Positions 63,401-64,000 of a DNA stretch of 64,000 nt are shown piece by piece. Every line of letters starts with the position of its first letter. Within the stretch, counting starts at the first letter, position 1. The DNA is taken from positions 1 through 64,000 of the forward strand of contig JAQGDQ010000674.1 in assembly GCA_030141605.1 (NCBI GenBank), read 5' to 3'. Made by a program: the position numbers and the translations under genes. Source of the DNA: Tubiluchus corallicola. Lineage: Eukaryota; Animalia; Priapulida. A model generated the notes under the pieces. The model was not told where the DNA came from and did no database searches. It saw only the letters and a list, made by a program, of their open reading frames with translations.

Positions 63401-63807
63401 ATATATAGGTATAGGTGACCTATGCAGACTTGCACAGGCTTCACAACAACCATTACTTTAAAATACGGAGAGAACCAGTGAACATGCATTCACTGGACCA
63501 TACAACGATACTAGGGGTAAGTCAGCTGGTAGAATGTAACAGGAGTAGCCCATAGATGGCACCACCTAATTATAATGTACAATTCCAACTTCCACACATT
63601 TAGTTCAAGTATGGTGTGCAAGGTTTAATTGTTTCACTATTAAAACGAGTTTTTTTCCTGTTTTTGCAGCCCGGCTTGGACCAAGTCGTGAAGAAAGTCC
63701 GAGGGGTGAATTTATTTTTTTCCACTGCCGTCTCAGAAGCTGTCCAAGCAGCGGACTTGGTGTTCATTTCCGTAAACACGCCCACAAAGACATTCGGAAT
63801 CGGAAAG
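57457..63807 (+). CDS. UGDH: UDP-glucose 6-dehydrogenase, coding exons 1 (57457-57615) and 2 (63670-63807); any further exons lie beyond the window
   Basis: [53 protein letters not shown] (Rossmann GxGxxG) ends at a phase-0 gtaaat donor. It splices to tttgcag|PGLDQVV...TFGIGK|gtttgt. Confidence 0.95.
57642..58115. mobile_element. Tigger/pogo-like MITE
   Basis: ta|ctgtcaagctcgtatataagg...ccttatacccgaagttgactg, with internal ccttata repeats. Confidence 0.65.
58214..58764. mobile_element. Kolobok-like MITE monomer (reverse)
   Basis: Ends gggtctggttttcct|ttaa. Collinear with the arms of 5817-7049. Confidence 0.7.
59300..59910. mobile_element. Kolobok-like MITE monomer sharing its TTAA with the adjacent piggyBac-like MITE
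   Basis: Collinear with 13532-14109. Ends cttcct|ttaa|ccctttcag. Confidence 0.75.
59915..60352. mobile_element. piggyBac-like MITE
   Basis: ttaa|ccctttcagtccc...tatgaaaggg|ttaa. Confidence 0.9.
61983..62320. mobile_element. hAT-like MITE
   Basis: TIR cagagatgagaat/attctcatccctg. Imperfect TSD gctctcca/gctctctg. Confidence 0.55.
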
Positions 63808-64000
63808 GTTTGTAGGAACTTTTATTTTTCGCCCCTCCCACCTCCCTCTTTTTTGTTGTAGAATTTTTATTTTTCATCCTTCCCCTCCCGCCATTTTGTG
63901 TCAGCCGAAGCAAAGCTTATCAGCTATTGGTTTCAATGTTGTTACTGCCTCTGACAACCTAAAATCGTTAGAACGACAGAAAATACCAGACGAAGGAGTT
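62730..64000. repeat. Right arm of long inverted repeat (37-bp minisatellite 62730-63378 plus UGDH exon 2 region)
   Basis: Reverse complement of 49533-50646. The satellite array is longer on this side. Confidence 0.97.

Overview
Intron-rich, AT-rich, MITE-dense genomic DNA from an invertebrate animal (taxon not determinable from sequence alone). It holds the last five exons of PIK3R4/Vps15 (+) and, convergent with them, a complete striated-type myosin II heavy chain gene (-; 18 coding exons, about 1957 aa, two 5'UTR exons, TATA/CCAAT promoter). It also holds an unusual UDP-glucose 6-dehydrogenase (UGDH) locus. Intact coding exons 2-10 lie on the minus strand (49863->38085) with no minus-strand exon 1. 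The only exon 1 is on the plus strand (57457-57615) and feeds a second, inverted copy of exon 2 (63670-63807). The ~12 kb segment carrying exon 1 is therefore flanked by long inverted repeats whose inner ends lie in a 37-bp minisatellite. This could be an invertible exon-1/promoter cassette, a young 5'-truncated inverted duplication, or a haplotype mis-join. The spacer also contains an orphan SLC23-like exon with an in-frame 66-bp tandem amplification. The rest is hAT-, Kolobok-, piggyBac- and Tc1/pogo-like MITEs, SINE/LINE fragments and satellites. Most long ORFs outside these genes are repeat artefacts. All alignments and counts were done by eye.
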